A DNA stretch of 49,097 bases from positions 1 to 49,097 of the forward strand of contig CAYYYL010000020.1 of the NCBI GenBank assembly GCA_964475835.1, in the 5' to 3' direction. Below are positions 38,969 to 49,010 of the stretch, piece by piece; position 1 is the first letter of the stretch, and the number at the start of each line of letters is the position of its first letter. The notes beneath the pieces were generated by a model that did not search any database, had not been told where the DNA came from, and worked only from the letters and a program-made list of their open reading frames with translations. The position numbers and the translations under genes are program-made. The DNA comes from an uncultured Verrucomicrobiota bacterium (GTDB lineage Bacteria; Verrucomicrobiota; Verrucomicrobiia; JABWAM01).

Positions 38969-41254
38969 CTATCCTTCCGCAAGCCGCTTCTGCAGCATTC
39001 CGTAGCGCATGGATGTCTCGTTGTTTCGTACCGCGATCGCCAAAGCCTTGGCAGATCCCACCAACACTACCAACTTTTTCCCGCGCGTGATCGCGGTGTA
39101 GATGAGATTGCGCTGGAGCATCACATAGTGCTGTGTCAGCACGGGAATCACCACGGCCGGATATTCGCTACCCTGGGACTTGTGAATGGATATGGCATAG
39201 GCGGGCAGCAATTCGTCGAGATCGCTGAATTCATATTCGACCTCCTTGTCGTCCACGCGCACGATCATCCGTTGATTCTCCTTGGAGATCGATGTGATGC
39301 GCCCCAGGTCACCATTGAACACATCCTTGTCGTAGTTATTTTTGATCTGCATCACCTTGTCACCCACCCGATAAAGTCGCCCGAAACGCTCGATCTCCAA
39401 TATCTCATCTTCCCCACGCAAACGAAAATCCCTGGCCACCGCCTTGTTTTTCTTCGGGTTGAGCGCCTTTTGCAGCTCACGATTCAGATTCTCAACCCCG
39501 CAAACACCTCGATGCATCGGCGCGAGCACTTGAAGATCATCGATGGGACGAAATCCAAACGCCTCCGGAATATCCGTGGAACAGAGCTCCACAATACGCT
39601 TCAACGCGGCCTCGGGCGTTTCCGCCGGCAGCAGATGAAAATCCGATGAAGATTGCAACCGCCGCGGCACGGCTGTTTCGACCCTCTCGCGACGCTCCTC
39701 CGCATCAGGATCGTCATCCATGGAATGTCCCGGTGCGTTCTCAGGCATCTTCCCCTCATTGACCCGGTGGGCGTTCACAATGATCTGGCTGGCGTGATGC
39801 TGCCGGAAGATCTGCTTCAACCGGATCACATTCGCCACGCGGGACTCAATAATGTCTCGAAGCACATTCCCTGGTCCCACCGATGGAAGCTGGTCGATGT
39901 CACCCACCAGAATCACGGACGCCGTCAGGGGAATCGCCTGGAAAAGATGATGCGCCAGCGGCACGTCCAGCATCGAGGATTCATCCACCACCACGAGATC
40001 CACTTCGAGGGGGTGCTCGTCATTGAACTCGAATGCGTGTTCCCCTGGCTCGTACTTGAGCAGGCGATGAATGGTCTGGGCAAAATGGGAGCAACTTTCC
40101 GACAACCGTTTCGCCGCGCGCCCTGTTGGTGCACAGAGAGCGATGCGCGCCTTTTTGTACCCCATGATCTTCACGATATTCCGCACAATCGTGGTCTTAC
40201 CCACGCCCGGCCCGCCCGTGATGACGGTGAGTTTCGAGGTCATCGCCGTTTTCACCGCCTCGCGCTGCATATCACTCATCTGGATGTGCGACTTCTGCTC
40301 CGCCCACTCCAGCGCCTTGTCCATGATCACGGACGGAAGCCTGATGGGAGCTGAAGCGATCAGTTTGATGCGCCGCGCAAGTGCACACTCCGCATGGTGA
40401 AGTCCCGCGAGAAAGATCAGATCCTCCTGGGGCTCAATCTTGATCAAACCCTCGTGCGCCATCTGGGTGATCTGACGCTCAACCGGCCCCTCCTCCACGC
40501 CGAGCAGTTCCGCGGCCGCGGCGCGGACGAGAAGCTCCTTTGGATAACACGTATGTCCCTCGGAAAGAAATTGTTCGAGCTGATACTGGATGCCTGCCTG
40601 AATGCGCTTGCTCGAATCGGAGGGAATGCCGAGATTGCGCGCGATCTGGTCGGCGATGCGAAATCCGATGCCGTAAATATCCCGGGCCAGCTGATATGGA
40701 TTCTCCCGGACCACCACCATCGAGTCCTCCCCGTACATCTTGTAGATCTTCGTCGCCTGCGAAGGGGTGATCCCGTAACTCTGCAAAAAAATCATAATGT
40801 CCCGCACTGCCTTCTGCTCGAGCCAGGCGATTCGGATGCGGCTCGCCCGCTCGGCGCCGATGCCCGGCACCTCCTTGAGGCGTCCGGAAAACTGATCGAT
40901 CACTTCAAGCGTCTGTGCCCCAAAGGTGTCCACAATCCGGTCAGCAAATCTCGGGCCAATCCCCTTGATCAACCCCGATCCGAGGTATTTTTTGAGCCCG
41001 GTGATCGAGGAGGGGAGAATCGACTCGTATTTGGTGATCTTGAATTGCTGTCCAAATTGGGCGTGATGAATCCACTGCCCCTGCATCTTCAACGTCTCCC
41101 CACATTGCACGGAAGGAAGATTCCCCACAACCGTCACCATCTTCCGATCATTGTCCGGCAGAAGCTGGGCAACGGTGTAGTGATTCTCCTCGTTGGTATA
41201 AACGATCCGCTCCAGGGAGCCTTGGAGTTCATCAATCTGGGGAGCCTCGTTCAT
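38969..41254 (-). CDS. recD2: RecD2-type ATP-dependent DNA helicase (SF1B)
   Basis: N-terminal RIVYTNEENHYTVA, HhH region, Walker A ITGGPGVGKTT, Walker B VVDESSM, and a C-terminal SH3-like domain. An in-frame TTG at 41299 is an alternative start. Confidence 0.85.
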   Translation of the reverse strand: MNEAPQIDELQGSLERIVYTNEENHYTVAQLLPDNDRKMVTVVGNLPSVQCGETLKMQGQWIHHAQFGQQFKITKYESILPSSITGLKKYLGSGLIKGIGPRFADRIVDTFGAQTLEVIDQFSGRLKEVPGIGAERASRIRIAWLEQKAVRDIMIFLQSYGITPSQATKIYKMYGEDSMVVVRENPYQLARDIYGIGFRIADQIARNLGIPSDSSKRIQAGIQYQLEQFLSEGHTCYPKELLVRAAAAELLGVEEGPVERQITQMAHEGLIKIEPQEDLIFLAGLHHAECALARRIKLIASAPIRLPSVIMDKALEWAEQKSHIQMSDMQREAVKTAMTSKLTVITGGPGVGKTTIVRNIVKIMGYKKARIALCAPTGRAAKRLSESCSHFAQTIHRLLKYEPGEHAFEFNDEHPLEVDLVVVDESSMLDVPLAHHLFQAIPLTASVILVGDIDQLPSVGPGNVLRDIIESRVANVIRLKQIFRQHHASQIIVNAHRVNEGKMPENAPGHSMDDDPDAEERRERVETAVPRRLQSSSDFHLLPAETPEAALKRIVELCSTDIPEAFGFRPIDDLQVLAPMHRGVCGVENLNRELQKALNPKKNKAVARDFRLRGEDEILEIERFGRLYRVGDKVMQIKNNYDKDVFNGDLGRITSISKENQRMIVRVDDKEVEYEFSDLDELLPAYAISIHKSQGSEYPAVVIPVLTQHYVMLQRNLIYTAITRGKKLVVLVGSAKALAIAVRNNETSMRYGMLQKRLAEG

Positions 41255-42004
41255 GGTGGGAAAACGTAACAGATCCCACACAAACACGCCAAGGCGCAAT
41301 CTACAAGGAACGACCTACTCCATGCGCCTGGAGGCGCGAAGGACTTGTTTTAACAATGGAAGATGGGCCAGGTCTTTTGGGCGACGAACCACTTCCTTAC
41401 TTCGAATGATGCGCTCCAATGGAAGCACACGCACGAGAAGCCCGAGCCACCGTATTTTTTTTGAGTGTTTCCACTCCCAGGTAAAACTCCTCAAACCATC
41501 AATACGATAGCAAAAGTTGACCAACGACTCATCCTTTAATGCAACCGCAGTGGGTGCAAGCACGCTGGCCCCGAGTTTCCTGCAGATTTCCAGAACTCGG
41601 ATATATTGACGCTCACCCAGATTGAGCCACAGATCCGTAGACAGCGTGGTCGCAGGAACACCCTACAAAATCGCCGCTGACATGCCTACGACTTGAGTTT
41701 GAATGCCTTGCGCCTCGAGTGCACGGAGAAGGTATGCAAGCGAAGGAAGTTTTCGTGAAGGCGCCACCGCTCGTCGGGAGTCGCGGCCAAGCTTCGTGCG
41801 AAGAGAATGCGTTCTTCGAGACTGAGTCCGCGCATTCCTTCGAGTTTTTTTAACACGCGGGCGACTTTTCTTTCCATGTCGAATCATATCATCAAGAGAA
41901 CTTTACGTCTAGAAACGACTGGGGACGAGAAAAATCCCGAAAGTCATATCTGCCACTCAAAGCAAGCATTGGTATTTTTATCCCCCCCCTGCTACGATGA
42001 GCAC

Positions 42005-42388
42005 ATGTCTGAGTCACCCCCAACCAACCCCACCCCCCTTCCTTACAAAATCGGTTCGGAAAAGCTCATCCGCGTCACCGAGACCGCAGCTCAACGTCTT
42101 CAACAGGTGCTCCAGAAAAGCAACCGCACTCACGGTGCCCTGCGAATCGCCGTGATCGGAGGAGGATGTTCCGGCCTTCAATACAAAATGGATATCGTGG
42201 ATGGCCCCCGACCCAAGGACTATCTCGTCACGTCCCAGGGAGTGAACGTGGTGGTGGATCCGAAAAGCGCCCTCTTTGTAAGCGGCTCCGCCCTCGACTA
42301 CAGCGATGATCTCCAAAAGGGCGGATTCAAGGTCACCAATCCCAACGCCACGGCCCACTGCTCCTGCGGGGAAAGTTTCGCAGCTTAA
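42005..42388 (+). CDS. erpA: A-type iron-sulfur cluster carrier (ErpA/IscA family)
   Basis: GGGCSGLQY and the C-terminal CSCGESF Cys ligands. Confidence 0.85.
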   Translation: MSESPPTNPTPLPYKIGSEKLIRVTETAAQRLQQVLQKSNRTHGALRIAVIGGGCSGLQYKMDIVDGPRPKDYLVTSQGVNVVVDPKSALFVSGSALDYSDDLQKGGFKVTNPNATAHCSCGESFAA

Positions 42389-42392
42389 CCAT

Positions 42393-42941
42393 TTATTTGT
42401 CCGAGGGCCACGGCAATCCAGCCTCCGGCGGCGGGGCTGATCCAGGGAGAGTCACGGGATTAAACCCAATGGCCCACCCATTTCGGGAATGCTGAACCAC
42501 CACCTTTCCGGTCAAAGTCGCCTTTTCCCCGACGTGAAAAGGAAACATTCCGGTATGTGCCCCATCGGGACCTTCCACCACCAGATCGCCCGTTTCAGGA
42601 ACATGGACCCCCTTGAATTGAAGGTAATCCGTATGGAATTCGTTGCTGCGATCCCACCCGCAATCCATCAGAAATTCGATCGAAACGGTGTACTCCACCT
42701 CAAAAAATTGAACTCCGTCCACCTCCTGGCCGGGCTTTGAGTCGGTCCGGCATTCCACCAGCTTGATCGCTCCATTCGCATTCTCCTGAATCCGCTCCTG
42801 CACATATTGCTGCACCACCGATTGCAAAACCTTCGTCGGTCTGGGCGTCTCTTTCGGGGAACATCCCGTCAACCATCCGATCCCTAAAATCATTCCTAGT
42901 AAGATGTTTTGGGCACTTTTCAAAAAAGACGACTCTCTCAT
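42393..42941 (-). CDS. Hypothetical lipoprotein
   Basis: Signal peptide with lipobox LTGC. No recognised domain. Confidence 0.5.
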   Translation of the reverse strand: MRESSFLKSAQNILLGMILGIGWLTGCSPKETPRPTKVLQSVVQQYVQERIQENANGAIKLVECRTDSKPGQEVDGVQFFEVEYTVSIEFLMDCGWDRSNEFHTDYLQFKGVHVPETGDLVVEGPDGAHTGMFPFHVGEKATLTGKVVVQHSRNGWAIGFNPVTLPGSAPPPEAGLPWPSDK

Positions 42942-43011
42942 TTTTTGTCACTTCATTCCAGCCTGAAGGCATCCGTCTCCCAACGGATGCGCAATAATGA
43001 TGGAAACATTT

Positions 43012-43100
43012 GTGCTCTTCGCGTCCTTCGTGGTGGAATTCTTAAATCCTGGCTGGAAGCAAATATTTTTACCACAAAGAAGGCGAAGAGCACGAAGAGG
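43012..43100. repeat. Extragenic palindromic element, family B (CGAAGAGCACGAAG / CCACGAAGGAC core)
   Basis: GTGCTCTTCGCGTCCTTCGTGGTGG ... CCACAAAGAAGGCGAAGAGCACGAAGAGG: imperfect inverted arms around a 36-nt loop. A 14-mer and an 11-mer are identical to the copy at 49011-49063. Confidence 0.55.
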
Positions 43101-43232
43101 ATCTTATTGATTCACCGGCGTATTTGAACCATAGCCATCGGGCGTCTTGAAAAGACTCTTTCCCGAATGTCGGATGACTACCATGAAAAAGATTGAATCT
43201 TAAGGTTTCTTCATGCCCTTGTAATACCGCCC

Positions 43233-43838
43233 ATGGCATCTCCCTTCGAAATCCTGGATGAAGCTCCGCGCCCGTACCTTGATCTGATCGCCCTCAAGGA
43301 GAAATTCCTAAAACTCAGCACTACGGTGCATCCGGATCGGGTTCATCATCTTTCGGAAGCCGAAAAGGCCGAAGCCACCCGCCGGTTTGCGGATCTGAAC
43401 ACCGCCTATCAAACGTTGCGGGATCCCCAGAAGCGACTTCCCCTTCTGATCGAACTGGAATCCGGATCGAAACCCACAGACGTTCAGTCCACCCCACCCG
43501 AAATCATCGACCTCTTCATGGAGGTCGGTCAGTTTTGCAAAAATGTGGATCCCTACCTCTCCCGTCACAGCACCGAAGACACCTCCTCCATCGTCCGGGC
43601 CACCTCCCGTATTCTTCAACACGATTGGTCCGTCCAGATCAAAGCCCTTCAGGAAAAAGTCGACATCAAACGCGAACAAGCCCTGCTCAAACTTCAGAAA
43701 CTCGATGTTCACTGGATTGCCACCGAGGACAAAAAACAACTTTTGCGTTCCCTGGAACATCTTGCCCGCACCTTCTCCTTTCTCGCCCGGTGGAGCCAGC
43801 AACTCTCCGAACGTTCCTTCCGGTTGAAGACGATTTAA
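43233..43838 (+). CDS. J-domain co-chaperone, HscB-like
   Basis: J-domain HPD motif (STTVHPDRV...YQTLRDPQKR) followed by a helical C-terminal domain. Length 201 aa, near the erpA gene. Confidence 0.6.
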   Translation: MASPFEILDEAPRPYLDLIALKEKFLKLSTTVHPDRVHHLSEAEKAEATRRFADLNTAYQTLRDPQKRLPLLIELESGSKPTDVQSTPPEIIDLFMEVGQFCKNVDPYLSRHSTEDTSSIVRATSRILQHDWSVQIKALQEKVDIKREQALLKLQKLDVHWIATEDKKQLLRSLEHLARTFSFLARWSQQLSERSFRLKTI

Positions 43839-44026
43839 CAAATCACTTGGACCTTGTGATGTCCCCCCCAGGGTCATACAGCCGCTGGGGTCTCGCGCAA
43901 AGACGAAAAACCCTTAGAAGCCATGCTTCGGGATTTTGTTGCAAACCTTGTCTTTGCGTTACTCTGCGCCTTTGCGAGAGCCATTCCTTTTTAGCTCCGC
44001 GAACTCCGTGATCCATCTTTCCTGGG

Positions 44027-44437
44027 CTACTCCATTCCATCCACCCGGCGATTCTGTTTCCTCTCCGCCTGACGACGCTTTCCTTCGAGCATCCTCTCCT
44101 TGCCACGCCGCGTGCGTCTCTTTTTCTGACGCCGGATTTTTTCCGCTGCGGACCGCTCTGCTTCGACAAAGCCCCGCTGCAGCCGCTCGATTTTGTCGAG
44201 CAGAATGCGCCGAGCAAGAAACCGGTTCATCGCCTGCGAGCGTGAAATCTGACACTTCACCCGCACCCCCGTCGGCCGATGCCACAACATTACACACGAG
44301 GAACTTTTGTTCACCTTCTGCCCGCCAGCTCCTCCTGAACGTACAAACGACTCCTCCACATCCTCTTCGCGCACACCGAGACAAAGCATTCGCTGCTTCA
44401 ACTCATGTTCCTTCTGAATGGAAACGGGGAACGACAT
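44027..44437 (-). CDS. arfB: Alternative ribosome-rescue factor / peptidyl-tRNA hydrolase ArfB (ICT1 family)
   Basis: GGQ motif (SGGAGGQKVNKSSS) followed by a strongly basic C-terminal tail. An upstream in-frame ATG at 44476 is possible. Confidence 0.75.
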   Translation of the reverse strand: MSFPVSIQKEHELKQRMLCLGVREEDVEESFVRSGGAGGQKVNKSSSCVMLWHRPTGVRVKCQISRSQAMNRFLARRILLDKIERLQRGFVEAERSAAEKIRRQKKRRTRRGKERMLEGKRRQAERKQNRRVDGME

Positions 44438-44496
44438 CCACCCATGCTCCCCGAGCAGACCTCTCTCTGCCAACACAAAAAACCGGGGGGTCGATT

Positions 44497-44991
44497 CTAC
44501 CCCCCTGAATGGGGCCCTGGCCGAAAAATGCCGAGAAGAAGAAGTGCCGTGGAAATCACAAGCCCGATGAGAAATGGACCTGCAGCAGTCTTTAGCATGG
44601 AAGGAAGCTGGTCGGTGAAAGGCAAAGCATGAAGCCCCACCCAGATCGACACGAGCGCAGCAACCCCACCTGTCAGGAAAGGCATGCGCATAGGTTTTGA
44701 GGCAAAGGCGGATGGAGCCAGCCCCACGCCAAAACCCACGGTAACCACAGCCGTGGAAATCGCGCTCGCAAAAAGGATGGTGAAGAAAACGAGGAACAAG
44801 GGTGAGTGGCCCCTGGCCGGAGGCATGGCCTCACATCCAAGAAGCACGGCCAGGGTGGCAAAATGAACGATGGCGAAGGAGGTAACGGCGCTCACAAGGG
44901 AATCAAACCTCAGTTTCATGCCCGGATTGTGCATGCTTGAGCTTGGTAACTCAATCTCCACCAGAACCCTTCCATAGAACCTATAAGGCAC
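44497..44991 (-). CDS. Hypothetical 4-TM membrane protein
   Basis: Hydrophobic helices throughout. No motif. Start uncertain; internal ATGs lie at about 44934 and 44919. Confidence 0.4.
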   Translation of the reverse strand: MPYRFYGRVLVEIELPSSSMHNPGMKLRFDSLVSAVTSFAIVHFATLAVLLGCEAMPPARGHSPLFLVFFTILFASAISTAVVTVGFGVGLAPSAFASKPMRMPFLTGGVAALVSIWVGLHALPFTDQLPSMLKTAAGPFLIGLVISTALLLLGIFRPGPHSGG

Positions 44992-45428
44992 GCCTTTTGC
45001 AGCAACTCCAATTCCTCCCCGCGACTTTTAAAGGTCCATGTCAAAACCCTATCTTCAAAAGATATTTCATCAAACCTTGTTTTGATAAAAACCACCTCCC
45101 CTTCTCATTTGACCCGACCGGTTTTAAAAACGAAGAGGGACAACCTGTTGAATGCAAAACACTATCATCACGTTTTCCGACCACTTTTGGTTGGGGCACC
45201 TGATCCGAAATAGCTCTGAAGCCAAAAATAAACAGCAAGGGAAAAAGGAACCCCCGCTCCAAAAAATAAAATCGCAGAAAAAGACAGTAAATATAACAAC
45301 CAGGACGGAACAGGCTCATCTCTACTTAATGGGTAAGCTCAAAAACCGTAAAACCAAATACCAACAGCGATCATCGGACCCAATAGGGAGATAAGAGCCG
45401 TTATTAAAATTTTTTTCATTTCGGAGGC

Positions 45429-46220
45429 TTATCGAACAAACTGTTCGTAGAACATGACCGCGGAAATGGCCAATCCGACGGCGGCGATCACCTTCCTTAC
45501 TGTGTTTTGGGAGATCCTCTGGGCGAATCGCGATCCGTAAAAATATCCCGCCGAGGATGCAAGCGCCACGACTCCTGCGCGGGGCCAGTCGATCAGACCT
45601 TTCCAGACAAAATATGCCGCAGCCACTAGATTGATCAGCCCTCCGAGAACGGTCTTCACGGTGTTCATCTGATGAATATCGCGTAATCCCATCATCCCGA
45701 GGGATGCGAGCATCAGGATGCCGATGCCCGCGCCAAAATATCCCCCGTAGATGGCGACGAGGAACTGAAACACGATCGCCCATGAGAGCCATGAGGTGGG
45801 CGCCACCACGCGTTCACGACCATGACGCGACGAAAAACGGCTGAAAGCCCCGTGGAGCATGAAAAGGATCGTGGCGAAAAGAATCAGAACGGGAACCAGC
45901 CACTCAAAGGTCCTGGAAGGGGTCCGGGTGAGGAGGATTCCGCCAAGCAACCCTCCAACGAGACTCACCGGGGTAAAATAGACCAGCCAGGATCGCACCT
46001 GGGGAAAATGGCGCCAGTATCCGCTGATGCTTCCCCAGATTCCGACAATCAACGCCACAGTGCTGGTCGCATTGGCACGAATGGGATCCAATCCGGAGAA
46101 CAACAAGGCGGGAAAGGTGAATAGCGTCCCCCCACCCGCCACGGAGTTCACCACTCCGGCGAGAAACCCGGACGCCAGCAAGGCGATCCACATCAAGATT
46201 TCGTTGGATGGCATAGTCAT
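45429..46220 (-). CDS. TauE/SafE (DUF81) family sulfite/anion exporter
   Basis: Duplicated 4-TM halves with the GGGTLFTFPALLF and GAGIGILMLASLGMMGL signatures. The ATG overlaps the GT2 stop (ATGA). Confidence 0.8.
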   Translation of the reverse strand: MTMPSNEILMWIALLASGFLAGVVNSVAGGGTLFTFPALLFSGLDPIRANATSTVALIVGIWGSISGYWRHFPQVRSWLVYFTPVSLVGGLLGGILLTRTPSRTFEWLVPVLILFATILFMLHGAFSRFSSRHGRERVVAPTSWLSWAIVFQFLVAIYGGYFGAGIGILMLASLGMMGLRDIHQMNTVKTVLGGLINLVAAAYFVWKGLIDWPRAGVVALASSAGYFYGSRFAQRISQNTVRKVIAAVGLAISAVMFYEQFVR

Positions 46221-46936
46221 GGAAACAGGTTGAACCGGATGGTGTGCCAGAACGCCGCCACGGCGTCCTTCCATCCGATCTTCTTTCCCTCTTCATAGGT
46301 CCGGCCGAAATAAGGATAGTCGATTTCGAAAATCCGGGCTTTTCGCTTCGCCATCCGGGCCGTCACCTCCGGTTCGAATCCGAAACGATCACTCGTAAGA
46401 TGAAGGTCCTTCAAAACTTCCGTTCGAAACGCCTTGGCCCCCGTCTCCATGTCCGTCAGATCGAGATTGCTCAGCAAATTGGAGAGGGACGTGATGAGGT
46501 TGTTAGCCAGGTGATGCCAGTAGAAGAGACTTCGACGGGGCTGGCCTGTGAAACGCGATCCATACACGGCATCCGCCCTGTCCTCAAAAATCAGCTTGGT
46601 AAGCCGCGGGATCTCCGCGGGATCGTATTCCATGTCAGCGTCCTGGATCACCGTCACTTTGCCCGTCGCATGCTGGAGCGCGATCCGGATGGCATGCCCC
46701 TTTCCGCGGTTTCCAGGAAGGGTGATCACTCGCACTCCAGGAGCGAAGCGTTCAAGCTCCTTCGCAGTCCCGTCCCGGCTCCCATCATCCACGACGATCA
46801 CCTCCTTTGTAAACGACTGCTCTAGCAGCCGCCCCAGCAGCCGCCCAACTGTCTTCGCTTCGTCGAAAACGGGGACAATGACCGTCGTTAAACCAAGTTC
46901 AGGCATGGACGCATATTGAGACTTTTTTTCTCTCAA
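46217..46936 (-). CDS. Glycosyltransferase family 2 (polyprenol-phosphate sugar synthase-like)
   Basis: VIVPVFDEAKTV...VIVVDDGSRDGT...IQDADMEYDP carries the DxD and GT-A motifs. Confidence 0.8.
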   Translation of the reverse strand: MREKKSQYASMPELGLTTVIVPVFDEAKTVGRLLGRLLEQSFTKEVIVVDDGSRDGTAKELERFAPGVRVITLPGNRGKGHAIRIALQHATGKVTVIQDADMEYDPAEIPRLTKLIFEDRADAVYGSRFTGQPRRSLFYWHHLANNLITSLSNLLSNLDLTDMETGAKAFRTEVLKDLHLTSDRFGFEPEVTARMAKRKARIFEIDYPYFGRTYEEGKKIGWKDAVAAFWHTIRFNLFP

Positions 46937-47039
46937 CTCTCAACCTTCAACTCTCAACCTACCGCCAACTTCCACCATCTTTCCCTCGACAAGTCACCAA
47001 ACTCCCACTATCCTGCACACCCTTTGCGAACCGCCCATT

Positions 47040-48884
47040 ATGCCCCCCTCCATTCGTAACATCGCCATCATCGCCCACGTTGACCATGGAAAAACCACGC
47101 TTGTGGACGGGTTACTCCGTCAGGGCGGCGTCTTCCGCGCCAATCAGACCCTGGTGGACTGCGTCATGGACTCGATGGATCTCGAGCGTGAAAAAGGCAT
47201 CACCATCAAAGCCAAGAATGCCACCGTGTTGTGGCACCCACCCAAAGGCGGCGAGGAAATTCAGATCAACATCGTGGACACCCCCGGCCACGCCGATTTC
47301 GGCGGGGAAGTGGAGCGCATCATGCGCATGGTGGACGGCGCCCTGCTCGTCATCGACGCGTACGAAGGCCCCCAGGCCCAGACTAAATTTGTGCTCAAGA
47401 AGGCCCTGGCCCTCGGCCTCCGGCCTATCGTCGTCGTCAACAAGGTCGACCGCGAACATGCCGATGCCCACCGGGCTCTCGACAAGGTGTTCGATCTCTT
47501 CGTCGAACTCCACGCCACAGACGCCCAGCTGGACTTCCCCAGTCTCTATGGCAGCGGCCGGGAAGGCTACATGCTTCCCCACCTCGAGGATTGTGCCGAT
47601 CCCGAAAAACGAAAACTCGGCCTCCAACCCCTTTTTGAAACCATCGTGCGTCACGTTCCTCCTCCTCAGGTGGACGACGCCGGTCCCTTCCAGTTTCTTG
47701 TTTGCAACCTCGGATACGACGATCACCTCGGCCGCATCGCCTACGGCAAGACCATGAGCGGTCACGCCAAGATCGGCGATCAAGTATTCGCCGTGCACAA
47801 GGATGGTCAGCGTGAAGCGGGCAAACTCACGATGTTTTTTTCCTTCGCAGGCCTCACCCAGCAGCGCATCGAAGAAGCGGCAGCGGGAAACATCGTCGGC
47901 ATCACCGGTTTCGAGGAGATTGCCATCGGGGAAAGCATCGTAGCCACCGCAGACACTCCCGCACTTCCCTTCGTCGACATCGATCCCCCCACGATCACCA
48001 TGACGGTGGGCGTCAACGACGGTCCACTTTCCGGCCGCGAAGGCAAGCTCGTCACCGCGCGCAATATCCGCGACCGCCTGATTCGCGAAACCCGTACCAA
48101 CGTCAGCCTTTCGGTGAAAGACACCGACTCCGGCAATCTTTTCTCGGTCGCTGCACGCGGCGAAATGCAGATCGCCATCCTCGTGGAACAGATGCGCCGT
48201 GAAGGTTTCGAGGTCATCGTTTCGCGCCCCGAGGTGATTTACAAAAAGGAAAAGGGCCAGACGCTCGAGCCTTTCGAGGAACTCTCCGTCGATGTGTCCA
48301 ATGATGTGCTCGGAGCCATCCTTCAATCGATCGCAGGTCGAAACGGTCTCGTCACCAACATGCAGCACCACGGCAACAACGTCACGGTGCAGGCCGATAT
48401 TCCCACCCGTGGATTAATCGGATTTGAAACCGAACTCGTGAATGCGACGAGCGGCACCGGCATCATGAGCCACCTTTTCAAGGAATACCGCCCCTACTCG
48501 GGTGAAATCATGACGCGCACCAGCGGTACGCTGGTCGCCATGGAGGACGGCGTGGCCACCGCCTATGCACTTGATCAGCTTCAGGAGCGCGGCCGCTTGT
48601 TCGTGGAACCCGGCGACCCCATCTATGTCGGCATGATCGTCGGGGAGTGCCCCCGCGCCGAAGATTTGAACGTGAACCCTTGCAAGACCAAGCATCTGAC
48701 CAACATGCGAAGCGTCGGCGAAGGAAAGGGTATCATGCTCGAGCCCGCGCTCAAAATGTCCCTCGAACGCGCCATTGAGTACATCGCCCCGGATGAGTAC
48801 GTTGAAATCACGCCCAAATCGATCCGTTTCCGCAAACGCATTCTCAATCCCACCGCACGCAAACGCTCGGGCGTCAAGGTGTGA
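47040..48884 (+). CDS. typA: Translational GTPase TypA/BipA
   Basis: G1 [11 protein letters not shown]3 DTPGHADF, G4 NKVD. Full trGTPase domain order. Length 614 aa. Confidence 0.95.
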   Translation: MPPSIRNIAIIAHVDHGKTTLVDGLLRQGGVFRANQTLVDCVMDSMDLEREKGITIKAKNATVLWHPPKGGEEIQINIVDTPGHADFGGEVERIMRMVDGALLVIDAYEGPQAQTKFVLKKALALGLRPIVVVNKVDREHADAHRALDKVFDLFVELHATDAQLDFPSLYGSGREGYMLPHLEDCADPEKRKLGLQPLFETIVRHVPPPQVDDAGPFQFLVCNLGYDDHLGRIAYGKTMSGHAKIGDQVFAVHKDGQREAGKLTMFFSFAGLTQQRIEEAAAGNIVGITGFEEIAIGESIVATADTPALPFVDIDPPTITMTVGVNDGPLSGREGKLVTARNIRDRLIRETRTNVSLSVKDTDSGNLFSVAARGEMQIAILVEQMRREGFEVIVSRPEVIYKKEKGQTLEPFEELSVDVSNDVLGAILQSIAGRNGLVTNMQHHGNNVTVQADIPTRGLIGFETELVNATSGTGIMSHLFKEYRPYSGEIMTRTSGTLVAMEDGVATAYALDQLQERGRLFVEPGDPIYVGMIVGECPRAEDLNVNPCKTKHLTNMRSVGEGKGIMLEPALKMSLERAIEYIAPDEYVEITPKSIRFRKRILNPTARKRSGVKV

Positions 48885-49010
48885 ACCAAGTTTAAAGTTC
48901 AAAGTCGACTCTATTTCAAACTTTGAACCTTGAACTCCTTTCCCTCCCCCGAGCGGTAATGGCTCAATTTGAATTTTATACAATAACAGATCGGACTTAT
49001 TCACCACGAA

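Noticed and set aside
39653-41269. Plus-strand ORFs (233 and 291 aa) within recD2
   Set aside because: Antisense to the helicase, which has Walker A and B motifs in the minus frame.
41663-41887. 74-aa Arg/Lys-rich minus-strand ORF overlapping the 63-aa ORF
   Set aside because: Low-complexity basic translation in an alternate frame. The overlapping 63-aa frame looks more protein-like. Both are treated as part of a probable gene remnant.
45041-45319. 92-aa minus-strand ORF in the AT-rich island
   Set aside because: Cys/Tyr/Phe-rich translation of an AT-rich tract with no start context. Probably not coding.
46360-46385. tRNA-like T-loop sequence CCGGTTCGAATCCG
   Set aside because: Lies inside the well-supported GT2 coding sequence. 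The flanking sequence cannot form a T-stem or acceptor stem, and no cloverleaf context is present. No other tRNA-like signatures were seen in the window.
47112-48371. 419-aa minus-strand ORF inside typA
   Set aside because: Antisense to TypA with clear GTPase motifs on the plus strand.
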